Shown in pieces: positions 1-9,652 of a stretch of 64,000 nucleotides of DNA (the stretch's first letter is position 1; each line of letters begins with the position of its first letter). The stretch is from assembly GCA_963813335.1 (NCBI GenBank), contig CAWEYL010000003.1:192001-256000 (forward strand), in the 5' to 3' direction. This DNA comes from an uncultured Chloroflexia bacterium. Its GTDB lineage: Bacteria > Chloroflexota > Limnocylindria > Limnocylindrales > CSP1-4. The notes under the pieces are model-generated. The model ran no database searches and had not been told where the DNA came from. It was given only the letters and a program-made list of their open reading frames with translations. The translations under genes and the position numbers were made by a program.

Positions 1-485
1 ACCTGCGCCTCGATCTCGGCCCGGGCGCGTGTCCGGAACCACGCCTCGAGGACGGCCGCGACCGGGCGCCGGTCGGCGGCCGCGACCCGCACGATCAGGG
101 CCGGCTCGTCGGTGCCTGCCGACCAGGCCACAGTCGAGCGTCGGGCGCTCCCAGCCGGGATCAGGTGCAGCCGATGCAGCGTGCCGCGGTAGCGGAGGCA
201 GGCGCCGTCCTGCAGCCCGCCCAGCGACGCGAGCTCCGCCCGGGCCGCCGCCTGGCGTGCGAGATGGCGGCGGAGCCACGTCTCGCGCTGGGCAAGGAAC
301 GACGTGACATGGCGCTCCGGGTCGTCCCAGCCCGGCCGACGGCGCGCTGGCACGGTCACCACGACCCCACGATCCGGGTGGATCACCACGCGCAGGGTGC
401 GGGCACGCGGCGAGCGGCGGAGCGTGTAGCGGAGCGGACCGCCGGGGAGGTCCACGACGGCCGGGGTCTCGGCGGCGGCGGTCAC
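1..485 (-). CDS. YgjP/DUF45-like (M48-related) metal-dependent hydrolase, 3' end outside window
   Basis: Reverse-strand reading from GTG at 485 (GTGA overlap with the upstream stop): VTAAAETPAVVDLPGGPLRYTLRRSPRARTLRVVIHPDRGVVVTVP...FLAQRETWL, the typical YgjP N-terminus. Not in the ORF track because it is truncated. Confidence 0.7.
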   Translation of the reverse strand, partial: MTAAAETPAVVDLPGGPLRYTLRRSPRARTLRVVIHPDRGVVVTVPARRRPGWDDPERHVTSFLAQRETWLRRHLARQAAARAELASLGGLQDGACLRYRGTLHRLHLIPAGSARRSTVAWSAGTDEPALIVRVAAADRRPVAAVLEAWFRTRARAEIEAQ

Positions 486-2101
486 GCGCCTCGCCGCAGC
501 AGTCGGCCGGTCCGGACGCCGGTCTCGCGGCCGTCCTCGACGGCCAGGCCGCCGTTGACGATCACGTGATCCATGCCGCCCGGATGGCGGGCCGGGGTGA
601 GGTAGGTCGCCGCGTCGTCGACGGTCGCCGGGTCGAAGACGACGAGGTCCGCGACGGCGCCCTCGCGGACGACGCCGCGGTCGCGCAGGCCCAGGCGGGC
701 CGCGGGCACGGATGTCAGCTTGGCGATGGCTGTCTCGAGCGGCACGACGCCGCGCTCCCGGACGTACGTCCCGAGGACCTTGGCCGTGGTGCCGTAGGTC
801 CGCGGGTGCGGCCGTCCAGCGTCGAGGACGGCGTGGCCGGGACGCCGGCCCTCGGCGTCGGTGCAGACCGCGATCCAGGGCACGGCCATGATCGCCTCGA
901 CATCGGCCTCGCTCATGCAGTCGATGACGATCGAGACGTCCAGCCGGTCGTCCATCAGCGCCTCGAAGGCGACGTCCGCCGGATGGAGGCCGAGGTCGTC
1001 GCTGAGCTCCGTGAGCGTGCGCCCCGACCAATCAGGGTGGCTCGCCGCATACGAGATCGTGATGGACCCCCAGCCCGGGTCGCGGGCGATGTCCTCCCAG
1101 CCCGAGGTCCCCCGGTCGATCTCGGCCTTGACGAGGGCCCGCACCTCGAGGTCGGCGAGCGCCGCCACGCAGGCATCGACGCCGAGCCCCAGCAGCGCCG
1201 GCGGCAGGATCGTGGTCAACGTGGTCGCGGCCGCCGTGTACGGGTACTGGTCCGCGGCCACGTCCAGGCCCTCGGCGCGCGCCCGCTCGAGCACGGCGAC
1301 CGCCTCGGCGCCGCGGCCCCAGACCTCGCGCGAGCCGCACTTGAGGTGCGACACCTGGAGCCGCGCGCCGTCGCCGGCACCGCGGATGGTGGCGACCGCC
1401 TCGTCGAGGGCGTCGAACAGCCCGGCGGCCTCGTTGCGCATGTGGGTCGCGTAGAGCCCGCCATGCCGGGCGGCGGCGGCGGCCAGCGCCTGGAGCTCGG
1501 CGAGGTCGGCATGCAGGCCGGGGGCGTAGATGAGCCCGCTCGAGAGGCCGATCGCGCCGGCATCCATCGCGGCATCGACCTCGCGGACCATCGCCGCCAG
1601 CTCGGCCGCCGTCGGCGGGCGCGCATCCGCACCCAGCACCGAGCCGCGGACGGTCCCGTGGCCGACGAGGAACGCCACGTTGATGCCGAGTGCCTGGCGC
1701 TCGACCTCGTCGAGGTAGTCGAGGAACGACGACCAGCGGGCCGTCAGCCCGTTCGGCCGCAACGAGAGCTCCACGAGCTCGCGCCCCCTGGGCGTGATCG
1801 GGGCGAGGCTCTCGCCGCAGTTGCCCGAGAGCTGCGTCGTGAAACCCTGCGAGAGGTGGCTGTCGAGGCCGGCGTCGACCAGGACGGACCCGTCCGAGTG
1901 CCCGTGCGGATCGATGAAGCCGGGCGCGACGACCCGTCGGCTCGCGTCGATGACGAGCTCCACCTCGGCCGGATCGACCGCGCCGAGGTCGCCGACGGCG
2001 AGGATCCGGTCGCCGAGCACGCCGACGTCGGCTCGCCGCCCCGGCGCGCCCGTGCCATCGATGACGGTCCCGCCGCGGAGCAGCAGGTCGAAGCCGGTCA
2101 C
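482..2101 (-). CDS. N-acyl-D-amino-acid deacylase (amidohydrolase family)
   Basis: GGTVIDGTG, APGFIDPHGHSD, GNCGESLAP, HMRNE, HPRTYGT, ADLVVFDP motifs. Confidence 0.9.
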   Translation of the reverse strand: MTGFDLLLRGGTVIDGTGAPGRRADVGVLGDRILAVGDLGAVDPAEVELVIDASRRVVAPGFIDPHGHSDGSVLVDAGLDSHLSQGFTTQLSGNCGESLAPITPRGRELVELSLRPNGLTARWSSFLDYLDEVERQALGINVAFLVGHGTVRGSVLGADARPPTAAELAAMVREVDAAMDAGAIGLSSGLIYAPGLHADLAELQALAAAAARHGGLYATHMRNEAAGLFDALDEAVATIRGAGDGARLQVSHLKCGSREVWGRGAEAVAVLERARAEGLDVAADQYPYTAAATTLTTILPPALLGLGVDACVAALADLEVRALVKAEIDRGTSGWEDIARDPGWGSITISYAASHPDWSGRTLTELSDDLGLHPADVAFEALMDDRLDVSIVIDCMSEADVEAIMAVPWIAVCTDAEGRRPGHAVLDAGRPHPRTYGTTAKVLGTYVRERGVVPLETAIAKLTSVPAARLGLRDRGVVREGAVADLVVFDPATVDDAATYLTPARHPGGMDHVIVNGGLAVEDGRETGVRTGRLLRRGA

Positions 2102-2200
2102 CTGCGGATGATGACACCGCGGCCGGGGCGTCGGGCCGCGTCGGGAGGCCGCGTCGGGCGGCTCGGTCGGGAGCCCTCGTCGGCCGGCGGCCGACCCTCC

Positions 2201-2209
2201 TGCTACACT
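2201..2209 (+). promoter_or_regulatory. Extended -10 promoter (TGCTACACT) for tRNA-Ala/leuS
   Basis: TG-n-TACACT ending 11 nt before the tRNA 5' end. Confidence 0.6.
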
Positions 2210-2220
2210 CCGCCTTCCGT

Positions 2221-2296
2221 GGGGCTATAGCTCAGCTGGAAGAGCACCTGCATGGCATGCAGGGGGTCCGGGGTTCGAGTCCCCGTAGCTCCACCA
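2221..2296 (+). tRNA. tRNA-Ala(GGC)
   Basis: GGGGCTA acceptor with G3:U70, anticodon arm CCTGC-ATGGCAT-GCAGG, T arm GGTTCGAGTCC, encoded CCA; 76 nt. Confidence 0.97.
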
Positions 2297-2363
2297 AGCA
2301 TGACCGCCGAACCCCACCCCTCGCCAACGGCGGGGGGTGTCCCGTCTCCGAGGCAGCGAGACC

Positions 2364-4922
2364 GTGACCGAGACCGACACGACCGACCAGCGGACCCGGA
2401 CCGAGCGCTACGACCCCGCGGCCATCGAGCCGCGCTGGCAGGCGCGCTGGGCGGAGCTGCGGCTGTACGAGACGGACCTCGACGACGAGTCGAAGCCCAA
2501 GTACTACCTGCTCACGATGTACCCGTATCCGTCGGGCGACCTGCACATCGGGCACTGGTACATCGTCACGCCGTCGGACGCGCTCGCCCGCTTCCGGCGG
2601 ATGCACGGCTTCAACACGTTCTTCCCCATCGGCTTCGACGCGTTCGGGTTACCGGCCGAGAACGCCGCGATCAAGAACGGCGGCCACCCGTTCACCTGGA
2701 CGATGGCCAACATCGAGAACATGCGCCGCCAGTTCCGCACGATGGGCGCGACCTTCGCCTGGGACACCGAGGTCGTCACCGCGGACCCCGCGTACTACCG
2801 CTGGAACCAGTGGCTGTTCCTGCGGTTCCTGGAGGCAGGCCTGGCGTATCGCGCGATGTCGCCGGTGGACTGGTGCCCCAACGACGGGACGCTCGCGCGC
2901 GAGCAGGTCGAGGGCGCCGACCGCCACTGCTGGCGCTGCGGCGCGCCCGTCGAGAAGCGCGACCTGGAGCAGTGGTTCCTGCGCACGACCGCGTACGCCG
3001 ACGAGCTGCTCCGGTTCGACGGCCTCGACTGGCCGGAGCCCATCCGCATCCAGCAGACGAACTGGATCGGCCGCTCCGAGGGCGCCGAGATCGACTTCGC
3101 GACCGCCCCGGACGACCATCAGCCCGGCGGCGACCGGCTGCGCGTCTTCACGACCCGCCCGGACACGCTGTTCGGGGCGACCTTCATGGTCCTCGCCCCG
3201 GAGCACCCGCTGGTCCCGACGCTGACCTACCCCGACCGCCGGACCGAGGTGACGGCCTACGTGGAGCAGGCGCGCCGCCGGACCGAGATCGACCGGCTCT
3301 CGACCGACCGCGAGAAGACCGGCGTGGCGCTCGGCGCCGACGCGATCAACCCGGTCAACGGCGAGCGGATCCCGATCTTCATCGCGGACTACGTCCTGTC
3401 CGGCTACGGCACGGGCGCGATCATGGCGGTCCCGGCCCATGACGAGCGCGACTTCGCGTTCGCGGTCAAGTTCGGGCTGCCGATCCGCCGCGTCGTGGCG
3501 GCCCCCGGCATCGCCGCCGACGACCCGATGGACGCGGCCTTCATCGCCCACGCCGCCGACGAGCGGCTCGTCAACAGCGGTCCCTACGACGGCCTGCTCG
3601 CGGACGAGGGCGGCAAGGCGATCGTGGCGAAGCTGGCCGAAACAGCCAGCGCGGAGCCCAGGGTCACCTACCGCGTCCGCGACTGGCTGATCAGCCGGCA
3701 GCGCTACTGGGGCACGCCCATCCCGGTCATCTACTGCCCGACCGACGGGATCGTCCCGGTCCCCGACGCCGACCTGCCGGTGCGCCTGCCCGAGACCGTC
3801 GACTACAAGGGCAGCGGTGACAACCCGCTGAACCACGACGCGGCGTTCGTGGACGTGACCTGCCCCCGCTGCGGCGGTCCCGCGCGGCGCGAGACCGACA
3901 CGATGGACACCTTCGTCGACTCGTCGTGGTACTGGTTCCGCTACCTGACCCCGGACAAGGAGGACGGCCCGGTCGACCGCGCGATGGTCGAGCGCTGGAC
4001 CCCGGTCGCCCAGTACACGGGCGGGGCCGAGCACGCGGTCATGCACCTCCTGTACGCGCGGTTCTGGACGAAGGCGATGGCCGACATCGGCCTGATGACC
4101 GAGCGCGAGCCGTTCATCCGGCTGTTCAACCAGGGGCAGATCCTGGGCGCCGACGGCGAGCGCATGTCGAAGTCCCGCGGCAACGTCCAGGACCCCGACG
4201 AGCTCGTGGCGCGCTACGGCGCCGACACGGTCCGGCTCTTCCTGATGTTCATGGGCCCGTGGGACCAGGGCGGGCCGTGGAGCCCGACTGGCATCGGCGG
4301 CGTCCATCGCTTCCTCAACCGCGTGTGGACGCTGGGCATCGACCCGCACGGCCGCGAGCCCGGCGACCCCGATCCCGGGTCACTGCCCACCGGCGAGACC
4401 GAGGCGACGGCGCGGGAGGCGATCCGCGCAGCCGCCCACCGGACGCTGCGGGCCGTGACGGCGGATTACGAGGCCTTCCACTTCAACACGATGGTCGCGA
4501 AGCTCATGGAGCTGGCCAACACGCTGTTCCGCTACCGCGGGACGGCCGTCGCGGGCTCCGCCGAATGGGACGAGGCCATCCGGCTCCTCCTGCTGATGCT
4601 GGCCCCGGCCGCGCCCCACATCGCCGAGGAGCTCTGGAGCCGCCGCCTCGCCGCCGCCGGCGAGCCGTGGAGCTCGATCCATACGCAGTCCTGGCCCGAG
4701 GTCGACCGTGCGGCCGCCGCCGAGGCGACCCGCGAGGTCCCGGTCCAGGTCAACGGCAAGCTGCGCGACAAGCTGACCGTCCCCACGGGCATCGACGCAG
4801 CCGCGCTCGAAGCGGCCGCGCTGGCCAGCCCGAAGGTGGTGGCGGCGCTCGCGGGGCGGACCCCGGACCGCGTCATCCACGCCGGCGGCGGCCGGCTCGT
4901 CAACATCGTCGTCCGCGACTGA
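2364..4922 (+). CDS. leuS: Leucine--tRNA ligase
   Basis: MYPYPSGDLHIGH (HIGH motif), FTTRPDT, GTGAIMAVPAHDERD, DWLISRQRYWGTPIP, RMSKS; GTG start at 2364 preferred over 2337. Confidence 0.97.
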   Translation: MTETDTTDQRTRTERYDPAAIEPRWQARWAELRLYETDLDDESKPKYYLLTMYPYPSGDLHIGHWYIVTPSDALARFRRMHGFNTFFPIGFDAFGLPAENAAIKNGGHPFTWTMANIENMRRQFRTMGATFAWDTEVVTADPAYYRWNQWLFLRFLEAGLAYRAMSPVDWCPNDGTLAREQVEGADRHCWRCGAPVEKRDLEQWFLRTTAYADELLRFDGLDWPEPIRIQQTNWIGRSEGAEIDFATAPDDHQPGGDRLRVFTTRPDTLFGATFMVLAPEHPLVPTLTYPDRRTEVTAYVEQARRRTEIDRLSTDREKTGVALGADAINPVNGERIPIFIADYVLSGYGTGAIMAVPAHDERDFAFAVKFGLPIRRVVAAPGIAADDPMDAAFIAHAADERLVNSGPYDGLLADEGGKAIVAKLAETASAEPRVTYRVRDWLISRQRYWGTPIPVIYCPTDGIVPVPDADLPVRLPETVDYKGSGDNPLNHDAAFVDVTCPRCGGPARRETDTMDTFVDSSWYWFRYLTPDKEDGPVDRAMVERWTPVAQYTGGAEHAVMHLLYARFWTKAMADIGLMTEREPFIRLFNQGQILGADGERMSKSRGNVQDPDELVARYGADTVRLFLMFMGPWDQGGPWSPTGIGGVHRFLNRVWTLGIDPHGREPGDPDPGSLPTGETEATAREAIRAAAHRTLRAVTADYEAFHFNTMVAKLMELANTLFRYRGTAVAGSAEWDEAIRLLLLMLAPAAPHIAEELWSRRLAAAGEPWSSIHTQSWPEVDRAAAAEATREVPVQVNGKLRDKLTVPTGIDAAALEAAALASPKVVAALAGRTPDRVIHAGGGRLVNIVVRD

Positions 4923-4938
4923 CGGCGAGGCGGCCGGC

Positions 4939-6537
4939 ATGATGGCCCGCGTCTCCCCGCTGATCCTCCTCGTCGCGAGCATCGGCACGATTGCGTACCT
5001 GCTCGCGCTGTTCACGGCGCCGCAGGGGCCGGCCGACCTGCCCTGGTGGGCGACGCTGTTCCTGATCCTGCTGGGTGTCGCGGTCACCGCCCTCGCGATC
5101 GCGGTGACGATCGACCCGCGGCCGCCGGCGCTGCGTCGTGCGCTCGCCGGTGCCGGGCTCGGCTGGATGGCGATCACGGCCGGGACCGCGCTGATCGCCG
5201 GTTCCGCGAACCGGGGGCTCGCCGCCGACCGCGTGCTGCTCGTCGCCGCGGCCGCGACCGGCATCGCGCTCTGGGTCCTCGCGGTCACGACGCCCTCGAC
5301 CGACGACGACCCGACGCCGGTCGGTGCGCGCCTCGGCTCGGTGATCGCGTTCGCGGTCGCGATCGTCATCTCGGCCGCGGCCGCCGTGGTCGTGGTCGAC
5401 ATCGCCATCCGGCTGATCCGGGTCGTGCTCGGCGGCGAGGCCACGGAGCGCCTGCCGTGGGTCGCGGTCGTCGCGGTGATCGTCGTGCCGTTGCTGGCGT
5501 TCGGCGTCGCGACGATCGACTCGCGCCGGGCGGCGGGCGGCACGTTCGTGGCGCAGGCCGCCGCGAACCGGCGCAACAGCGTCCTGCTGCTGGTCACGCT
5601 GGTCGGCGTGGTCGCGGCCACCTCCGAGATCATCGCGGTGACGCTCACGCTCGACCCGATCCCCGGCCTGTGGGTGGCGTTCCTCGCCGGGCTCGTCGGG
5701 ATCGGTGCCGCGGTCGGTGCCAACCGGTTCGGCGCGTCCGTCATCCTCGGGACCTCCGACGCCCACGAGGCCGACCCGATCGCCGACCGCACGCTCGTCG
5801 ACGTCGTCCGCGAACTGTCGATCGCGGCGGACATCCCGATGCCCAGGGTCTACGTGGTCCCCGACGGCAGCAAGAATGCGTTCGCGACGGGTCGCGACCC
5901 GGCACACGCCTCGATCGCGGTCACGCGCGGCCTCGCCGACCACATGGACCGCGAGGAGCTCCAGGGCGTGATCGGCCACGAGCTCGGCCACATCCGCAAC
6001 CTCGACACCCGCTACGCGCTCTACATCGCGGTCCTCGTCGGCATCGTCGCGCTCGTCACGGACGGCTTCCTGCGGATGGTCATCGAGGGCTGGAGGAACG
6101 GCGCGTTCATCTGGAAGAGCGACGACAAGAGCGCGGCCGCGACCCTGGCGATGGGGCTCGCCGTGGGTCTGTTCCTGCTGATCGTGGCGGCCCTGCTGCG
6201 GCTGCTGGCTCCGCTGTTCTCGCTGCTCGTGCAGGCGGCGTCCAGCCGGGAGCGCGAGTACCTCGCGGACGCGACCTCGGTCGAATTCACGCGCAACCCC
6301 CGTGCGCTCGAGCGCGCGCTGACCGACATCGCGAGCGACACCGATCCGCTCGATCGCGCCAACCGCGGGACGCAGCACCTGTGGTTCCGCAATCCGGTCA
6401 AGGCCGGGAGCGACAGGCGGGCCGGGCTGCTCTCGACGCACCCCTCGATCGGGGCGCGGATCGACCGGCTGCGCAAGCTCCAGGGCCTCGACCCGCTCGA
6501 TCCCGGGTCGGCGGATGCCGTCTCGGCCGAGACGTAG
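4939..6537 (+). CDS. HtpX-like M48 zinc metalloprotease with a long N-terminal multi-TM extension
   Basis: NAFATGR, ELQGVIGHELGHI (HExxH), SREREYLAD, THPSIGARI; ~200 extra hydrophobic residues at the N-terminus. Confidence 0.85.
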   Translation: MMARVSPLILLVASIGTIAYLLALFTAPQGPADLPWWATLFLILLGVAVTALAIAVTIDPRPPALRRALAGAGLGWMAITAGTALIAGSANRGLAADRVLLVAAAATGIALWVLAVTTPSTDDDPTPVGARLGSVIAFAVAIVISAAAAVVVVDIAIRLIRVVLGGEATERLPWVAVVAVIVVPLLAFGVATIDSRRAAGGTFVAQAAANRRNSVLLLVTLVGVVAATSEIIAVTLTLDPIPGLWVAFLAGLVGIGAAVGANRFGASVILGTSDAHEADPIADRTLVDVVRELSIAADIPMPRVYVVPDGSKNAFATGRDPAHASIAVTRGLADHMDREELQGVIGHELGHIRNLDTRYALYIAVLVGIVALVTDGFLRMVIEGWRNGAFIWKSDDKSAAATLAMGLAVGLFLLIVAALLRLLAPLFSLLVQAASSREREYLADATSVEFTRNPRALERALTDIASDTDPLDRANRGTQHLWFRNPVKAGSDRRAGLLSTHPSIGARIDRLRKLQGLDPLDPGSADAVSAET

Positions 6538-6570
6538 CGGACCGCCAGCGCAGGGTCGCGCGGCCGGTCC

Positions 6571-7209
6571 TCAGGTCGCGATCACCGGCTGTCGCAGGAT
6601 CGTCTTCGTCCGGGACTCGCCGACGCGGCCGGGATCGTTGAGGTAGATCTCGTGGTGCGCACCATGGGGCCGAAGGCCCGCGTCCGCGATCGCCGCGTGC
6701 AGCCGTCGGACGGTGGGCGTCTCCTGCTCGTAGGAGCCCACGTGCAGGATCTGCGCGCTCGGCCCCTCCGCCCAGTGCAGTGGGAAGACGCAGCCGGCGA
6801 ACGGTCGCGGTTGATGGTCCGCGATGGCCGCGGCCACCTCGCCGTCGGTAGCCGCATCGGGCACGGCCAGCAGCATCCGCCACGACCACACCTGGTCCGC
6901 CTTGGCCTCCGTCGTCTCATCCGCGGTCAGCTCCTCCGGCGTGAACCAGAAGAGCGCCTCGAGCATCCCGATCCGATGGCCGGTGACGCCGCGCCCGCGA
7001 AGCTCGAAGTGGAGCGGGTACGCGATGCCGAAGAGCGCGCCGATCGCGTCGGTGAATCCCGGGCTCCCGGGCACGGCGTCGCCGTCGACGGCAAGGAACC
7101 GATGCTCCGGCACATCGACGAACCGCACGCGATCGCGCCGCGCGGACGCAAGTGCCCGAAGATCGTCGCTGTGATCGAACGGACGGGTCGGGGCCAGCAC
7201 GGTGGACAT
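6571..7209 (-). CDS. GyrI-like small-molecule-binding domain protein
   Basis: Start ATG at 7209 (MSTVLAP) after a GGAGG RBS; FLAVDG...LEALFW...AQILHVGSYEQE...HHEIYLNDP...KTILRQPV. Confidence 0.8.
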   Translation of the reverse strand: MSTVLAPTRPFDHSDDLRALASARRDRVRFVDVPEHRFLAVDGDAVPGSPGFTDAIGALFGIAYPLHFELRGRGVTGHRIGMLEALFWFTPEELTADETTEAKADQVWSWRMLLAVPDAATDGEVAAAIADHQPRPFAGCVFPLHWAEGPSAQILHVGSYEQETPTVRRLHAAIADAGLRPHGAHHEIYLNDPGRVGESRTKTILRQPVIAT

Positions 7210-7350
7210 GATCGGCACCTCCGAGCTTCCACGATGGCGCCGCGGGATCGCGTCCGCCAGTGCCGGAGCGCTCGAACCTCTCGAGTCGCGCGGGCGGTCC
7301 CGGGCGCCGGGCGCGACCCGCAAGATCTGCTGGCTGCCTAGACTTCCGGC

Positions 7351-7713
7351 ATGACAGAGGAGAGCACGATGGGCGATGGACAGGTGGCACCCGCGACCAG
7401 GGGTGTGACCGTGCAACTGCTGGCCACGGTGGACCTTGGCCCCGAGATCGAGGGCATGGATGGGCGCCAGCTTCGAACGCGGATGGTGACCATCGAGCCT
7501 GGCGGCGTCTTCGGCCCGATCCACGACCACATCGGCAGGCCAGGAACCGTGTACGTCCTGGAGGGAACGATCACCGACCACCGGAACGGGGTCGCGACCG
7601 ACTACGGGCCGGGCGTCGGCTGGCCCGAGGATCGGGACACGCTCCACTGGCTCGAGAACCGGGGAACGATCACGGCGGTGGAGATCTCGGTCGACATCGT
7701 CAGGCAAGCGTGA
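7351..7713 (+). CDS. Cupin domain protein
   Basis: IEPGGVFGPIHDH...VYVLEG...HWLENRG; leaderless TAGACT-N6-ATG. Confidence 0.8.
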   Translation: MTEESTMGDGQVAPATRGVTVQLLATVDLGPEIEGMDGRQLRTRMVTIEPGGVFGPIHDHIGRPGTVYVLEGTITDHRNGVATDYGPGVGWPEDRDTLHWLENRGTITAVEISVDIVRQA

Positions 7714-8705
7714 ATCCGGGCACCGCCGCCGAGCCGCTCGTCACGGTCGTCATCCCGACCTACAACCAGGCGGCGTACCTGGAGGCGGCGATCCGGAGCG
7801 TGCTCGAGCAGGACTACCCGAAGGTGGAGCTCGTCGTCGTCGACGACGGCTCCACCGACGCCACGCCGCGGATCCTCGATGGGTTCGGGGACGCGATCGT
7901 GCACCTGGCCCAGCCGAACCGCGGCGCCGCGAACGCGCTCAACGAGGGCATCCGGGCGGCGAGCGGTCCGCTGGTCTGCTGGCTGAGCTCGGACGACGTC
8001 TTCCTGCCCGGCAAGCTGCGCCGGCAGGTGGCCGCGTTCCTCGAGGAACCCGACCTGGGGTTCTGCTACACGGGCTTCGTGACCATGGACGCCGAGGGGC
8101 GCGACCTGCGCGACCTCTCGGATGTCCCGACGGTCCACCCCGACCTGTTCGTGTCGGTCTACTGGGCGAACCCGGTCAACGGCTCGACCGTGATGATGCC
8201 GCGGGCGATCTTCGACGAGGTCGGCCCGTTCGACGAGACGCTCCGCGCCGACGTCGACGGCGACATGTGGCTGCGCGTCCTGAAGACCCATCGCGCCCGC
8301 TACCTGCCCGGCGCCACGCTCCGCTACCGGGTCCACGGCGCGGCGCTGTCGGCCGACAAGCCCCTCATGCGCGCGTCGAAGTCGCAGGTCCGCCGCGCCC
8401 GCCTGCGCGACGGCTCGCTGGTGGCTCGGCTGCGCGCCGACGACCCGGCGGCGGTCGCGTCGACGCTGGCCCGGATGAGCGCCCACTACACGACGATCGG
8501 GATGCCGGACATCGCGCGGGCGCTCCTGCGGGCGTCGTTCCGGGCGGGGTTGGCGCTGCCGGCGCAGGGCCCGGCCACCAGGGCCGTCGTTCTTGCGGCG
8601 ACGCCCGGTCCGGTGAAGGCCGGCGCGGCACGGCTTCGCCGAGCGCCCCGGGCGGCCATGCGACGGGTCCGCCGGCTGGCGCGCCGGATCGTCGGCCCGC
8701 GCTGA
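7710..8705 (+). CDS. Glycosyltransferase family 2
   Basis: GTGA overlap with the cupin stop; VTVVIPTYNQ, VVVDDGSTD, WLSSDD, FDETL...DGDMWLR. Confidence 0.9.
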   Translation: MNPGTAAEPLVTVVIPTYNQAAYLEAAIRSVLEQDYPKVELVVVDDGSTDATPRILDGFGDAIVHLAQPNRGAANALNEGIRAASGPLVCWLSSDDVFLPGKLRRQVAAFLEEPDLGFCYTGFVTMDAEGRDLRDLSDVPTVHPDLFVSVYWANPVNGSTVMMPRAIFDEVGPFDETLRADVDGDMWLRVLKTHRARYLPGATLRYRVHGAALSADKPLMRASKSQVRRARLRDGSLVARLRADDPAAVASTLARMSAHYTTIGMPDIARALLRASFRAGLALPAQGPATRAVVLAATPGPVKAGAARLRRAPRAAMRRVRRLARRIVGPR

Positions 8706-8708
8706 GCC

Positions 8709-9617
8709 TCAGGCTGGAGGCACGCTCCAGCCGGCCGCGTCGGCGTACGCGCGGACGCCCTCGGCGAGCGGGGTAAGGCGGCCAAGCGCCAGGTCGGCCA
8801 CGAGCGGCGCGGGATCGCTCCAGAACTCGATCGGCGTCTGGTCCGGATCCGGTGCGAGGCGGATGCTGGGCGGCCGGGTGCCCAGGGCGGCGGCGATGCG
8901 CTCGACCTGCTCGGGCAGCGGGTGCGGGTCGCCGCCGGCGAGGTCGTAGGTGGCGACCGGTCCGGCGCCAGTGCCGGCGGCGGTCACCGCGCCCACGAGC
9001 GCGCGGGCGACATCGGCGACATGGACCGGGTCCGAGAGCGAGGTCACCGCCCCGCTGAGCGTGAACGCCGTCCCGGCGCGCAGCGCCGCGGCCACGCGCG
9101 GGATCAGCCTGGTCGCACGCTCGCCCGGTCCGTAGGCGTTGTACAGGCGGACGACCAACGCGCTCGTGGCGGAGCCGTCGGCGACCAGCGACCGCACCAG
9201 CCCCTCGACGTAGAGCTTCGAGAGCGCGTAGGCCATCGGCGGGTCGACGGGCATCGACGGGTCCACGCGGCCGGTCCTGCCGGCATAGACCGCAGCGGAC
9301 GAGAGCAGCACGATCCGCCGGGCACTCACCCGCCCGAGCAGCGCCCCGGCGACTCCACCGGTGGCGGCCAGGTCGGCCCATGGCTCGCGGACCGCCAGCC
9401 CGTGGTCGGCGTTGCCGGCGAGGTGGATGACGGCGTCGAACGGACCCACCAGCGCCTCCGGCAGAGGCCCGAGCGGATCGGCCATGCGCACGGCGCTGCC
9501 GCCCGGCGGGTCCGGCAGGTCCTGGCGCGAGAGGGCCGTGACCGCCCAGTCGGAGGGACAGGCGGCGATCACGTGGCGGCCGATGAACCCACCGGCGCCC
9601 GTGACGAGGACGCGCAT
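8709..9617 (-). CDS. NAD-dependent epimerase/dehydratase (extended SDR)
   Basis: MRVLVTGAGGFIG, SSAAVY, YALSK, RLYNAYGPGE. Confidence 0.85.
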   Translation of the reverse strand: MRVLVTGAGGFIGRHVIAACPSDWAVTALSRQDLPDPPGGSAVRMADPLGPLPEALVGPFDAVIHLAGNADHGLAVREPWADLAATGGVAGALLGRVSARRIVLLSSAAVYAGRTGRVDPSMPVDPPMAYALSKLYVEGLVRSLVADGSATSALVVRLYNAYGPGERATRLIPRVAAALRAGTAFTLSGAVTSLSDPVHVADVARALVGAVTAAGTGAGPVATYDLAGGDPHPLPEQVERIAAALGTRPPSIRLAPDPDQTPIEFWSDPAPLVADLALGRLTPLAEGVRAYADAAGWSVPPA

Positions 9618-9652
9618 CCCCGGAGCCTGGGTGGATGGGTCGGACGGCTGGA

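Noticed and set aside
2125-2175. Short GCCGCGTCGGG repeats upstream of the tRNA promoter
   Set aside because: Two or three low-complexity GC copies; plausible by chance
2221-2363. Integrated element at tRNA-Ala or a T-box before leuS
   Set aside because: No integrase, no repeat of the tRNA 3' end seen, and no T-box consensus; only a GC hairpin at about 2315-2340
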